Below are positions 52,752 to 64,000 of a DNA stretch of 64,000 bases, in pieces. The DNA is from Phyllobates terribilis (taxonomy: Eukaryota). Positions within the stretch are counted from its first letter, which is position 1. Every line of letters starts with the position of its first letter. Both the position numbers and the translations under genes were made by a program. Where the stretch lies: NCBI RefSeq assembly GCF_046119375.1, contig NW_027362767.1:422902001-422966000 (forward strand). Direction: 5' to 3'. The notes beneath the pieces were generated by a model. That model was not told the DNA's origin and made no database searches. It was given only the letters and a program-made list of their open reading frames with translations.

Positions 52752-53491
52752 CTAAAAACAACCCTTTGGAATTTGATCAGTTGCCTTTTATTTTCTCCAT
52801 TACGGTATAATCATTATATTCCTAATATGAGACAACTCCCCAGCTCTAAATTCTGGCAAAATAAAGGCCATTTGGAAGCCCTGGTAAATGACAATTTTGT
52901 GTTAAAGGGTTAATTTACTTTGGACAATTCTGACTTTTTCAGAAATCTGCAATTACGAAGAGCATTTCGATCCATCCTTTGATCTTATAACCTCAGGGAA
53001 CAGTCGTCAATAATATTCTAGGCATTAACAAAGTATAATATGTACCTGGGATAAACTGATTATTTGAGTAACTATATATATATTTTTTCACCTCTCCCTC
53101 CCTGTTCCCTCTTGTTCTTCAAGGAGGGACTTGTTGGTTATGGGTAGGATTTTGGTTGGGTTTATTCTGTTAGATGTACTTTTTTCTTTCTATATTTCCT
53201 TTTTTTTGAATAATTGTATGAATTATTAGATAAAAATAATAAAGAGTAACTAATTATAAAAAAAATGCTGATTACCCTTTAAGTATCCTTGAAGTTGTAG
53301 GGCGAATTATGGTCTATTTATTCGGTGGTTTGAGATAATAAAGGGGTTAATGGTTATAGATCAGCAGAGTGCACCTATTGGTCTTTCCTTGTTATCCTAT
53401 AGCACACTAATGGGGATTTTATGCTCCTGGAACAAAGGTCAGGTGATAGCATTTTGTTTAAATTGTCTTCTGTCTATTTATTAACCTACTA

Positions 53492-54074
53492 GTCCCATAA
53501 GGGTTGCCGTGACGTGGCGGGATAGCTTTTACATTATTTTGATCAAAATTATGTTAACTAAATACCCTTTATTATTTATCATTATTTTTGCACTGTGCGA
53601 TTTATCCATTTACTTCCAGTTATTTGGGTATTTTGCTTGTCTTTGGTTTTTCTCTGTCTAGTGGCCTTATGTGAACATGCATTTACATTTTGCATGCACA
53701 TCAATTTACGTTTCAGTTCAGACTTCCAGGTTTTTTCTTTGTAGTTTAGTGTGCTTCAGTGCATATAAGGGTGTGGCCGCCCTTTGTCTGAGCTGAAAGG
53801 TTCATTCTGCCTCTCAGGTCTATGCTTCTACTAGGGGTTCAGTCTCTCTGCCCTTATCCATATGTATGTCACTTGACAAATGGTAAGGTTTTAATATTAG
53901 AGTTAGGACTGTCCCATAAGGGTTGCCGTGACGTGGTGGGATGGCTTTTACATTATTTTGATCAAAATTATGTTAACTAAATATCCTTTATTATTTATCA
54001 TTATTTTTGCACTGTGTGATTTATCCATTTACTTCCAGTTATTTGGGTATTTTGCTTGTCTTTGGTTTTCCTCT
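53492..54074. repeat. About 163-bp direct repeat pair (53492-53655 and 53911-54074)
   Basis: gtcccataagggttgccgtgacgtgg...tttggtttt(t/c)ctct repeated with a 419-bp period. Confidence 0.8.
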
Positions 54075-54228
54075 AGTTCCCCTCCTCCCCTGTGTTTTTT
54101 TCTTCTGTGTTCCTGAAGGGTTAGGTTGTATTGTTGGGAAGTATCTCTCTTTTTCTTTTTTATCTTACATAGATATTACATTTGGGGCACTCCTAACTGT
54201 GTGGATCCACATGGATGAGAGGGTTTAT

Positions 54229-55132
54229 TGTTGCCTTCTAATTCTCCTTCTGGCAGAACATCCTAAACTTCCTGCAAGAAGTACAGATATTTGGCCTGTC
54301 AGCAGAACTGGGAAGAAAATTGTCCCAGGAACCACTTATCTAAAAGTTTATGAAAGCAGTTCAAGGAATTTGGCCACCAATCATAGACCCAGTACCCAGA
54401 TGGGATTTGAACCTTGTCTTGGATCAACTCTGTAAAGCTCCTTTTGAACCTCTGAAGTCGGCATTGTTGTCTTCTAATTCTCCTTGCAGAACATCCTAGA
54501 CTTAATGCACAAAGGTTTTGACAAAGGTCTCAAGCCTATTACTATCAGAGTACAGATATTTTCCCCGTCAGCAGTACTAGGGAGAAAATTGTCCCAGGAA
54601 CCACTTATCTAGAGGTTTATGAAAGCGGTCCAAGGAATTTGGCTTACAATCATAGATCCAGTTCACAGATGGGATCTGGACCTTGTCTTGGATCAACTCT
54701 TTGAAGCTCCTTTTGAACCTTTGAAGTCGGCAGATATAAAGTATTTATCCCTCAAGACCAGTTTTCTTTTGGCTATCCTGTCTGCAAGGAGAGTGAGATT
54801 TAGGCTCTGGCTTCCAGAAAGCCCTATCTTATATTTCTACAGGATTGAGTTCTGTTAAGAACATTAACATCTTTTACCCTGAAAGTGTCTTCCTTCTCTA
54901 ATAGTATCCAACAGATAGAGCTGCCAGGTTCTTACCCAGATCCCTCTTCCAATAAAGAAAGAATCCTGTATTTCCTGATGTTGGCAGGACTCGTGTGCGA
55001 GCCGCACAAAACAGTACAGGAGGTCGGAACATCTCTTCCCTTCCTTCTCAAAGAAGCACAGGGGTCAGAAGATATCAAGGGTCTAATTATCTAGATGGTT
55101 GAGGCAGACTATTACTATTTGCTATGAGCAAG
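54229..55132 (+). mobile_element. DIRS-like retrotransposon tyrosine recombinase pseudogene fragment with internal tandem duplication
   Basis: RWDLDLVLDQL..APFEPL, LSLKTSFLLAILSARRV and ISR..SRWLRQTITICY. The segment 54229-54463 is duplicated at 54465-54733. The frame resumes at 56384 (AGCQTPQV). Confidence 0.8.
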
Positions 55133-56383
55133 TGACACCCCCCCTGGGCCACGGGGTACTCGGTAGCCGGCCCGGTCGATGCTGGGGGATGTCACAGTGG
55201 CAGTGACCCGGTCCGTGACTCATGGCGGTCAATAAAAGGGGACGTGTTCGTGACGCCACCTGTGGTATGCGGCTATATGGAGCCGCCGCTGCGGTGCAGA
55301 TCCTCTGGAGCTGATGGTGACGCAGCAGAGTTGGTTCAGCTCTCCACAGGCAGAGCTTAGCTCCAGGGCAGTATATAGTGATGTTATGAGGTAGATGTTG
55401 TTGGTGCTGTGTAGTGCAGGGCTGGTGATGGTGCAGCAATAATTCCAGGACACAGTGGGGTGTAGTCTTCAGATTTTACTCACAGTTATCACGCTGCTCC
55501 AGGTTACAACTGCCAGCTTATAACCACCCACATCGTCCTGCATTCACCAAGGAAAGGGTTCAGCAGCTCTCAAGTATTTCAGGAGTACTTAAACGGGACC
55601 CCGTTCTATATTCCTTTCACGGTCGTCTTCCCTGCGCTGGCTCTCACCCTCCTGCCCTGCGCCTCACAATCAGTGTCCCAAGCCAGTAGCCTCGGATCTT
55701 CTCGGCGACCTGCAGTCCCCTGAATCCTATGCGGCCACCTTTTCGGCGATGTAATTGTGGTTTGGGCAGCAACACCTTGAAAGTACAGTAGCCTCCGATT
55801 GTCTAGCTGAGCCTGGGTGCTCTCCACTAGTTTAGGGGCCGGTCCCCTCTGCGGCCTGATCCCTCCACATCTGTGTAGATTCGGGCGCACGGGTGGCTTC
55901 CTGCACTCACCAGGATCCCCTCTGTCTCTGGAGCCTTCCCTCTGCTCTTGTCCTCTATCAGTCTGTCCTCCTGGGTCTCTCAGACTAGGCCCGCTCCTTC
56001 CTCCTCTCTTCCTGAGAAGAACTTCTTCAGAGCTCCTGCTCCCAACACTCTCTCGCTCTTCTGACTCTCTCCTCAGACTGACCTGACTCCTTCAAGATGG
56101 TTCCCTTCTTATACTCCTACTGACGGTGCTCCCCTGAACTACTTCCTCCACCCACACCCACTACATGGTTCCCCCTCTCTCGGTTCCCCCCACTTCCAAC
56201 CAGGGACAGGGCTCAGCATTGTAAACTTGCATCTTGCCCCAGCCTGCTGGTCTGGAATTATGTAGTGTTGGATGCAGGTGGGTGGGTCCCGGGCAGTACT
56301 CCCTCCTTACCTGAGAGTGGGGCACCACACCTCTGGGTGAGATGCAGTACCTCTGTGGCGACTGACCCTGCAGGGGCGCCACA
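55133..56383. mobile_element. Solo LTR (probably Gypsy-type) inserted into the DIRS fragment
   Basis: 4-bp TSD CAAG (55129-55132 and 56384-56387); termini TGACACCCC...GGGGCGCCACA; removing it restores the DIRS frame CYEQ|AG. Confidence 0.75.
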
Positions 56384-56408
56384 CAAGCAGGCTGTCAAAC
56401 TCCACAGG

Positions 56409-57165
56409 TGTAACGCTGGAGGATGTATGTAATGCTGGTTGATGTGGACCCACTGCGCCAATGGCCGAGCTTGCCCTGAAGGGGCATCACTAAGTGTCCA
56501 CTGGGTCTTCACAAGAGCCTCTGCTGGTGAGGATAGGTTGGGCTGCCGGTAGACACCAGGTACCACTCCAGGGCAATCCCCGACGCTGCAGCAGCTGACC
56601 AGAGGGTGAGAAGAATGGGTACCAGGTACAGGAGGGAAAAGACAAAGACGGGGTCAAATGGTCCAAGATCGGGACAGGCAGCCCAGGTTCAGCATACGTA
56701 GCCAAGGTCAGGAGCGGAGAGGTCAGACAGGATGGGTATACGAGTCGGATCAATGGGAGAAACAAAGCACACATGCACACAACATGCACTAACATGCACA
56801 CAAGCAAACTGACTAGTAGGAAACAACGTTCAGGCCTGGAGTGGTGGGAATCCGGGGGTCTCTTCAACAAAGGGATGCTGCTCAGTGTCTTGGGCCTAAG
56901 CTCAGTCTGTGGTATATTGAGGCTTCACTGACACACGGAACACAAAGTACGGATGCTCCCCGACCTTACATCCTGCGACGACATAGAGAATCCTGCGTCC
57001 TTCCTGGTTTCCGAAATAATATCTCCGTTTGTCAGTGATGCTCGTATACCCGTCCTGTCTGACATCTCCGCTCCTGAGGTCAGATCACGTCCCTCCAGGG
57101 TAAACCCGGCCCGTGGCACAGTGTATCCACATCCACAAGCGTTACATTCACCCTCCAGCGTTACT
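56409..57165. mobile_element. LTR-like element with short inverted termini
   Basis: TGTAACGCTGGAGG at 56409 and CCTCCAGCGTTAC at 57152-57164. No TSD confirmed. Confidence 0.45.
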
Positions 57166-57886
57166 TTACATGCAGGCCATGGAGTGGTGGGAGAAGTTGC
57201 CTAATATAGAGCCTGCTGACACGGGATTGGCCAGGGAACCTAATCTCTGCAGGACACAGCAGGGTTAAATTCCTGCATAGACGGGCCATGCCCCCCTAAT
57301 GCCAAATGGAAACAGAATCAGATGCAGCAGTGCTGCCAGAGGCAAAACTCAGCGAGCCAGCCTAACGCGAGTAGAAGTCATGCTGTGATCGTGGTAGGGT
57401 GGGGCTAAGGAGTCATGCGACTTACCGCCATGAAAACAGGCTATAAAAGCCCACTCAACTAGGGCTATGGCCACCTCATGGGCACAAGGGAAGAGGGGAT
57501 CTAGTAGGTATATACAGTATATAGACAGAAGGGAATTTAAATTAATTGATATCTCCTGTCTTTTGTTCCAGGAGGATAAATTCCCCATTGGTGCTGCTTC
57601 TTCGTATTAAAGGAAAGAGAATTCAGGGTAAGAAATTACTCTTTATTTCATCTGAATTGGTCTAAAATTCTTTATAGGAGATTGCACTTTTGGTTTTCTG
57701 TTGAGTTAAAGCAGAACTCTATCCTGCCAGTAAAGTGCAGTATAGGCCATTTTTAAAGCCTAACATGGAGATTTTTGTGTATTACTACTGTTTTATCTGA
57801 TGTGCCATTTTTGGGTTGTTTGCCATTTTGATTCCTTCTTTCTCTCTGATATCCTTCACTGAAGGCAGACTACATTTCCCATAATT

Positions 57887-59533
57887 CCCAAAAAAGGAAA
57901 ACAAAGGGAGCTTAAATGGTAGAAAAGAGGCAATTTTATTACATCAGATAATATAACACATCATAATAGTATAATCTTTACACAGACAACTAAGGTGCTT
58001 AGTGCCAGGAGGCACAGCACCATACAACCCACAAACCCGTACCCACTGCTGAATTGTCTAAAGAGAGATGTAAACAGTGAATAAGAGAAGAGGCAGGGCA
58101 AGCTTGAGTGAATACGGAAGGGACTGTGGGCTATATCCAACTATAGGCATAAGTGTGCCACAACAAAATCATGAGCCAGCAGTCAATAAACAACATTAGC
58201 CTTACCAAGGTTGGAACAGAAGAGTTGTAGGGTGCTGTGAGTGAAAGGATCAGTGACAGTGAATGCCTCGACGCGCGTCTCGCCTGAAGATGTTTGGCTT
58301 TCTCAAAAGGCTGATTAGATGGCAGGTACAAGGACCTTTAAATACGCCCCCAAAGAAGATCATGTACTCAGCACATGACCGCAAGTTGCTTAGAGCAGCC
58401 GTAGACATGGCCGCAGCGCTATGTATGGCGCATGCGCTGGGGGTACTCCATCACTGCCGCGCGCGCCCAGGCCGTCATGCCACCCGCGCATGGACGAAGG
58501 GCCAATGCGCAGAAGGCATAAGATAGCTGGGCGCGCGCCGGGCGAGGGAGACCACCGGAACGCATGCGCACAGCGCCAGTATCACAAGTGAAGGCCAGGG
58601 GGAAGAAGAAATTTGTGATGGTAGGACATGGAGTCTCATCATAGAAAAGCCGATAAACAAATATATGCATATAACATCATGTCACATCAATACAGTGTGA
58701 TCCGCAAACAATAAAGAGTATAACAGATCAAAAGCCACACAAAGCAATAAATATACACAATAATGCAAAGTTCACGCAACAATGGTGAACAATAATGGTA
58801 CACTGTGTGATTCTATATCAAAAAAAGGAGGGGTCACAGCTGATCGTATTCTAAATGTTCATCCTAAAGCTTCATGATAAGAGATAGAATTAACATAATT
58901 CATGTCCAATTAAAGGTCCTTGTAGAAATGCATATCAATTCCTCAAGGTAGCACACTAAATAAGAGGTAATAAAAAAAGTCATTAAAAACAAGATAATGG
59001 AGGAAAAAGCAAAATTAAAATACCAAATGCCACAGAAATGCTACATAGAGTCTGCAGGAGAACCAAACCAAAAAGAACAAGATCACAAGAAGGAGGCGAA
59101 ACTCAAAGCCTCACTGAGGCCCAGTGGGCTCACCATATCCAATTTAACCATCTACCTGGCCTCCTTTTGGGCCAGACGCTGTTTAACATTACCCCCCCCG
59201 AGAGCCAAGATGTACTTCCTCTATCCCACGCACTTTTAATGTTTTCGGATCACAATTATGTATTGCCTTAAAGTGACGTGGTAGTGTCTTAAGCTCTCGG
59301 GGGTTGGTCACCGTCCTGGCCGTGCCAATGTCCCGCACGTGCTTACGTACCCTCACTCGCAGCTCCCTTGATGTCAAACCTATATATATCAAACTACATC
59401 CGCAGGAAGCATAGTATATCACATTGCTAGTACTGCAGGAGATGTAATGAGCAATTTTGAATTCACGGGAGCAGTCGGAGGATATGAAAGAGACCCAGCG
59501 CAGGACATTGGCGCAGGCGAGACATTGGCGCAG
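57887..59533 (-). mobile_element. 5'-truncated Penelope-like retroelement (GIY-YIG end plus pLTR)
   Basis: Minus-strand YISCSTSNVIYYASCGCSLIYIGLTSRELRVRVRKH...LAQKEAR*...SPLGLSEALSF (about 59480-59083), with a frameshift and a stop; hammerhead motif downstream; flanked by a direct repeat of about 38 bp. Confidence 0.85.
58265..58311 (-). ncRNA. Minimal type I hammerhead ribozyme motif, U3-A8 variant with an A14G change
   Basis: gcctt-UUGAGAA-a-gcc-loop-ggc-GAGA-c-gcgc-GUC-gaggc; stem I gcctt/gaggc; palindromic ACGCGCGT across stem III. Confidence 0.7.
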
Positions 59534-60203
59534 TGATATCCTTCATTGAAGGCAGACATTTCCCATAATGCCCTTGGCTTTGTAGAGGGGACAGACTCTC
59601 ATCATACCTTCACTTGCTATACTAAGTCCTATTTGAGGGTAGCAGAGATAAATCAGTAACATAGAACTACTGTCTCCTCATTGTATTGTTTCAGTGTATG
59701 CTATATGATGCAGGTTCAGCCTGTCTCCCCTGCCTCCTGCTGGTGATGAGTTTCTCCCTGTCAGCCCTTACAAGTCGGTGATAGCAGAGATAGGTTGAAA
59801 CTGTGTTACATAGGATACAAAACAGATTTTGCACGCAGCAAAGGAATATGATATGGGTCCCAAACTCCTGTTATGTGGGAGAATGAATGTATTGGTGGTC
59901 ATGATGCCCAGTACCATTTCACTTAAAATCTATGGCGTCTATGGAGGCGAGTAAAAATGTCGGCTATCTTCATCAGTCATATAGACATTAAATAAACAGA
60001 TATTGCAGATATTGATAGTGACCATTGTCAAGTATAACAACAGAGGGAGTCGAGTAGATCCTACCGCTGCCTACAATAATCAGGACAATTATGCAATTGA
60101 CTGACGAGTGATAGATGAGGCCGCGACTGCTCCCACTACTAGGTCGATTATTTGGGAACTCACAGTGAGCGTATGGTATATACACTTCCGATTCCAGCTA
60201 ATG

Positions 60204-60205
<2 letters not shown>

Positions 60206-60276
<71 letters not shown>
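60206..60276. repeat. (TA)n microsatellite, about 35 units
   Basis: Seen directly. Confidence 0.98.
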
Positions 60277-60281
<5 letters not shown>

Positions 60282-61795
60282 CCCGGTACGGTCACTGCCA
60301 ACTCCACAGTAACAAAAGGGGACTACAATCTGACACCACCAATCAGTTATACAGGCCGACTGGATACCAGTTACAGGTAGCGTATGGCTTCAGGGGTGCG
60401 GTTTACAGAGCAAGAGGAACAGAGCTATTCAATTTTATATATTTAATCCGGAGTGGTAGGCAGTGTTTATAAAAAATATACAAAGATGATGCAAAATGGA
60501 AACCAAACAATACTCTATATGCAATGGCATAAAATAAAAAGGAATAATGAAAGAAGTACTAAACCTGATGTAGCAGGAATGGCTCTTATCTTTATGGAGG
60601 GAAGCACTCCGATTAGGAAAATGGAACACTCTAACAGCGAACTATGTCTTCCAGAAAACACAACTAAAGAATCCCAAATTCTAGTTTTTAATAGATCAAG
60701 GTTACACTCACATATCTCACCTTGGTGAGCTTATATGGGGGGCTGGTTGTGGGATGTGCTAGGTCTTTTAGAAGTTTATGAGATCCCCAACTTACAGGAT
60801 ATCTTTGCCCTTGGAGGTCCCAGGTGGTAGATATTGTTGTCATGTTTCCTTTCATTATTTTACCTTTCTATAGAGATGAAACATAGCATAGATAGCATCA
60901 TCCATTGGTGTGATTAAGTTGGAGGTTTTAGAATGGTCTCACGGTGACGTGAATGAATGCGTTATGTTCATTCCCTAGCTACGACGCCGAAAATATATCT
61001 CCCATAAATATCGGATCGATGCGAACCCCAATATTCATCACTGACCACTGACTCGAAAGTGTCTCAGACCTGTGCTTTGAACAGAGGAAATTCTTGCCTT
61101 GGAAGTGTACTTCTTCATCTCTGTGTAAACAAATCCCAGGTTTAGTGTCTGGCTCTCAGAGCAGATCTCCTACTGTAATTACCTGGTCACTACATGATGT
61201 CCCTACTTCAATAGTGGTTGAAGTGACGGCTCTCTCTCACTTCCCCAGTTATAATTAGTTTCTCACTTCCCCAGTTATAACTGATCCCATATGTTCAATC
61301 TGAGGGTGATCTATCCCATCTCTGGAGATGTCTTTATGGATTTTTAATTTTTCTCTACAACCACTGATTAAGTCAAATTTTTGGGGCCCTTGTTTAAGTG
61401 AACAATTGGAGTCCCAACAGAGGGGCTCCCAGAGATCATGCATTTATCATCTATCCTGTGGATACCCCTTTTCAGTATATGGAAGTATTGTTTAGGCATT
61501 CTGTGACGGTATTATTTGAAAACAGAATGATAGCTCTATTTGGGCAGTATCTTAATGAAGACTTGTCAAATATCCTTAATCCCACCCAAATCTTTAAATA
61601 GACAAAAATAAAACAAAATCGAAAAAAAAACGAAAAAAAGTAGAAAAGATTGTAGCCTCTTGACCTTGACATACTTATGTCAGACAGTAAGAGACATAAC
61701 TCCATTCTACTGGTGTCCATCTGCATCAGCATGGTCAATACTTGATGTTCAATAATGTATGAGAAGGAACCATCTTGTGGTTCCATGAGTCTGGA

Positions 61796-62968
61796 TCATA
61801 TTCTTGTTTTCTCATAATTTTTCTGTGCCCAGCTCAGTTTGTGATACCTGAGCCATAACCTGTTGTCCCAGCAATACTCAGGTGATAGCACCTTGGATGG
61901 TAAATATTCCAAAGTTAGGTATCTGTTGAGATGGCTTTCATCATGCCATATAGCTTCTACACCCCTTTTCTTGTCTTCTAAAATGCCCTTCAGGCAGCTC
62001 GAAGTGAGGTTGGTGAGAAGTGTGGGCTTTCCACCAAACACTGCTCCATGGTAATAAAAAGTACCGGCCCATGGAGGTATGAAAGCCATAGATAAAGGGT
62101 TCCTTTCAAGGGGATATTCCTTTCTGTTTGCTAAGTAATATCCAGAATGTAGCTGAGCCACAAGGTCACCAAGAGTTTCTGGTCCGTAATTGGAGGAGAA
62201 TATCTAGAGATATGAAGAGAAGAAAGAAAATGTAAGTGTATAGTTCATTGTTTGTAGATCTATCTATCTATTTCTTGTGTCCTAATGGTTCACCAAGTTT
62301 TCCAAGCACCAAACTGTAGACCACTGGTCAACAAAGTAAACTTACCTGATCAACATCCATACAGAAAAGGTAATCCACTTCATCATGAGCCAGGGGCAGC
62401 ACTAGATCTCTCAGATCCATCATGCGCAACATTGAGATGTCCTGCCAACGTGCCCGGTTGGTCACTTGGAGGGTTATTATGGACATACCCGATCGTTCAT
62501 GGATTCTGGGCACATCTGATGGACGGTCAGTGAGGATATAGACTACGCAAGGTAGCCCAGGCATGAAGAAGCGATTGGCAGAGACAAGAAAGTCTTCAAG
62601 GTAGGTGTCAAGATACCTGAGGAGACAAGAGCGGAGATGACCTATGTCTTCCAGTCACACATCAACTTTGCAGTATGCACAGATTTTTCCTTTCTCTCTC
62701 CTTCCACGTTACTTTCCACCATGCCTGTCGAGTTTCTGCATATTATTCCCTCTATCTTGGAATAAACTGCCACATGATAGCCCACATACGTCCTGTACGT
62801 TGCGCTGGAAAATAAATCATGAACACTCACTTCCCAACTGCAAATACTGAGAGACCAACCACAGTTCCACGAGCCCGATGAAGAAGATTTTCCTCCTCAC
62901 GATCAAATGTTCCTTCCCACACGATGGGAGCTCCCCAAGACGTTATAGAAGACACCTTAGGAAAGCAT
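61796..62968 (-). CDS. GT6-family alpha-1,3-glycosyltransferase (A3GALT2/GGTA1-like), catalytic-domain exons; 5' exons not found in the window
   Basis: Exons 62968-62831 (138 nt), 62616-62346 and 62203-61796; GT-AG, in frame, no stops. Motifs WGAPIVWEGTF, GLSVFAVGKY, WQDISMLRM, CMDVD, FYYHGAVFGG, WHDESHLN and KVLSPEYCW. Confidence 0.92.
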
Positions 62969-64000
62969 CTGTAAGGGAACTGAGCGTGAGCTAAAGTCTT
63001 ATACAGGTGCATATTAAACCAGTCTAATCTTGACATTTTAATTGTCATCTAAGGCTATTACTCTATGGCAACCTTAGGTCTTGGATTTTTTTTTCCTCCT
63101 GAAGGATAATATTAATGTCAGGGTGTCTTCCAATTATACAGAAGTATTGCTGTAGAGACCTAGTCTATAGATCATCCTCTTTTTTTATCTATAGAGATCA
63201 AAAATCGTAATGGTGCCCCTCCCTGAAGTGCAGAAAAACATGCAGTGAAAAAGCGCAATTCCCCCATTTTTTTTGCCAAATTTGTCTTGTTTTTTTTCTT
63301 TTTTCTTTAGTGTTCAGAAAAAATCAGAGTTTAAAAAGAATAATTGCTTTGTGTCACCATATTTAAAGACACATAACATTTTTTTTTCTGTTGATGGAAG
63401 TGCGTGAGGGCTTGTTTTATGCGAGGAGAGCCGCCATTTTAATTGATACTATTTTCGGTTACATGAGATGATTTGATTGCTGTTTGTGGCATTTTTTTTT
63501 TAGGGAGGTGCAGTGCGAAACACCACAATTCTGGCGTTTCGATTATTTTTCTGTTTATGGCTGTTACTTCATGGGTTGATTAATTTTATATTTTGATAGA
63601 ACAGATACGGCGATAACAATTATGTTTATTTTTGTTTAGTTTCTTTATTTTTAATGGGGTTGATTTGAATTGCATTTATTTTTTTTAGACGTTTTGTACA
63701 TTCTTTTTCTTATTCTGTTACTATGTTGAGTGCAGCAGTGAAATCTTCACGGCTTCTGCACTCTGCACACATACTCAGCTCTGCCCAGCGAGTGTAAAGC
63801 CTCATTCAGACGTCTGTGACAGACGTCACTGGTTGCTGCGCTCTGTACATTGAAGCTCAGCTCATTAGCTGGTGATAAAGTCATCCCGCCTGTTGCGCCT
63901 ATGGGCTGCAGTAAAGCCTCATTCAGATGTCTGTGGATCATAACTGTCTGAATGAGGCTTTACACTGACTGAGCAGAACTGATTCAGTGTTCAGAGAGGT

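Noticed and set aside
60370-60410. Minus-strand cccctgaagccat as a third hammerhead remnant
   Set aside because: The core is incomplete and there is no GAAA or stem III.
25327-62968. NEU1, the V-ATPase subunit and the GT6 enzyme as a co-regulated glycan-remodelling cluster
   Set aside because: Proximity only. The genes have different compartments and promoter types, and nothing in the sequence indicates shared regulation.

Overview
Eukaryotic, repeat-rich vertebrate genomic DNA, most likely an anuran (inferred from the Tc1, T2/Kolobok, hAT and Harbinger MITE and minisatellite content). The genes are orthologues of mammalian MHC class III genes. I assembled five spliced protein-coding genes by hand, with GT-AG junctions and consistent phases: DXO (minus, 7 exons, 399 aa) head-to-head with STK19/WHR1 (plus, 6 coding exons, 258 aa); NEU1 (plus, 6 exons, 388 aa); ATP6V1G2 (plus, 3 exons, 119 aa); and the last three exons of a GT6-family (ABO/GGTA1/A3GALT2-like) glycosyltransferase (minus). 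The rest is six Tc1 elements (four in one 5.2-kb cluster), nested MITEs, a DIRS recombinase fragment interrupted by a solo LTR, a Penelope fragment with a minimal hammerhead motif, several minisatellites, a 5.4-kb C-rich/G-rich satellite and one assembly gap. The very long ORFs in the six-frame track (7.5-8.9, 9.7-15.4, 17-19 and 45-47 kb) are mostly stop-free repeats, not genes. Best leads: the MHC-linked GT6 gene with an HGA donor motif and an extra intron, the U3-A8 hammerhead variant, and the G4-type satellite beside the DXO/STK19 promoter. All homology calls are from recalled protein sequences; no database search was run.
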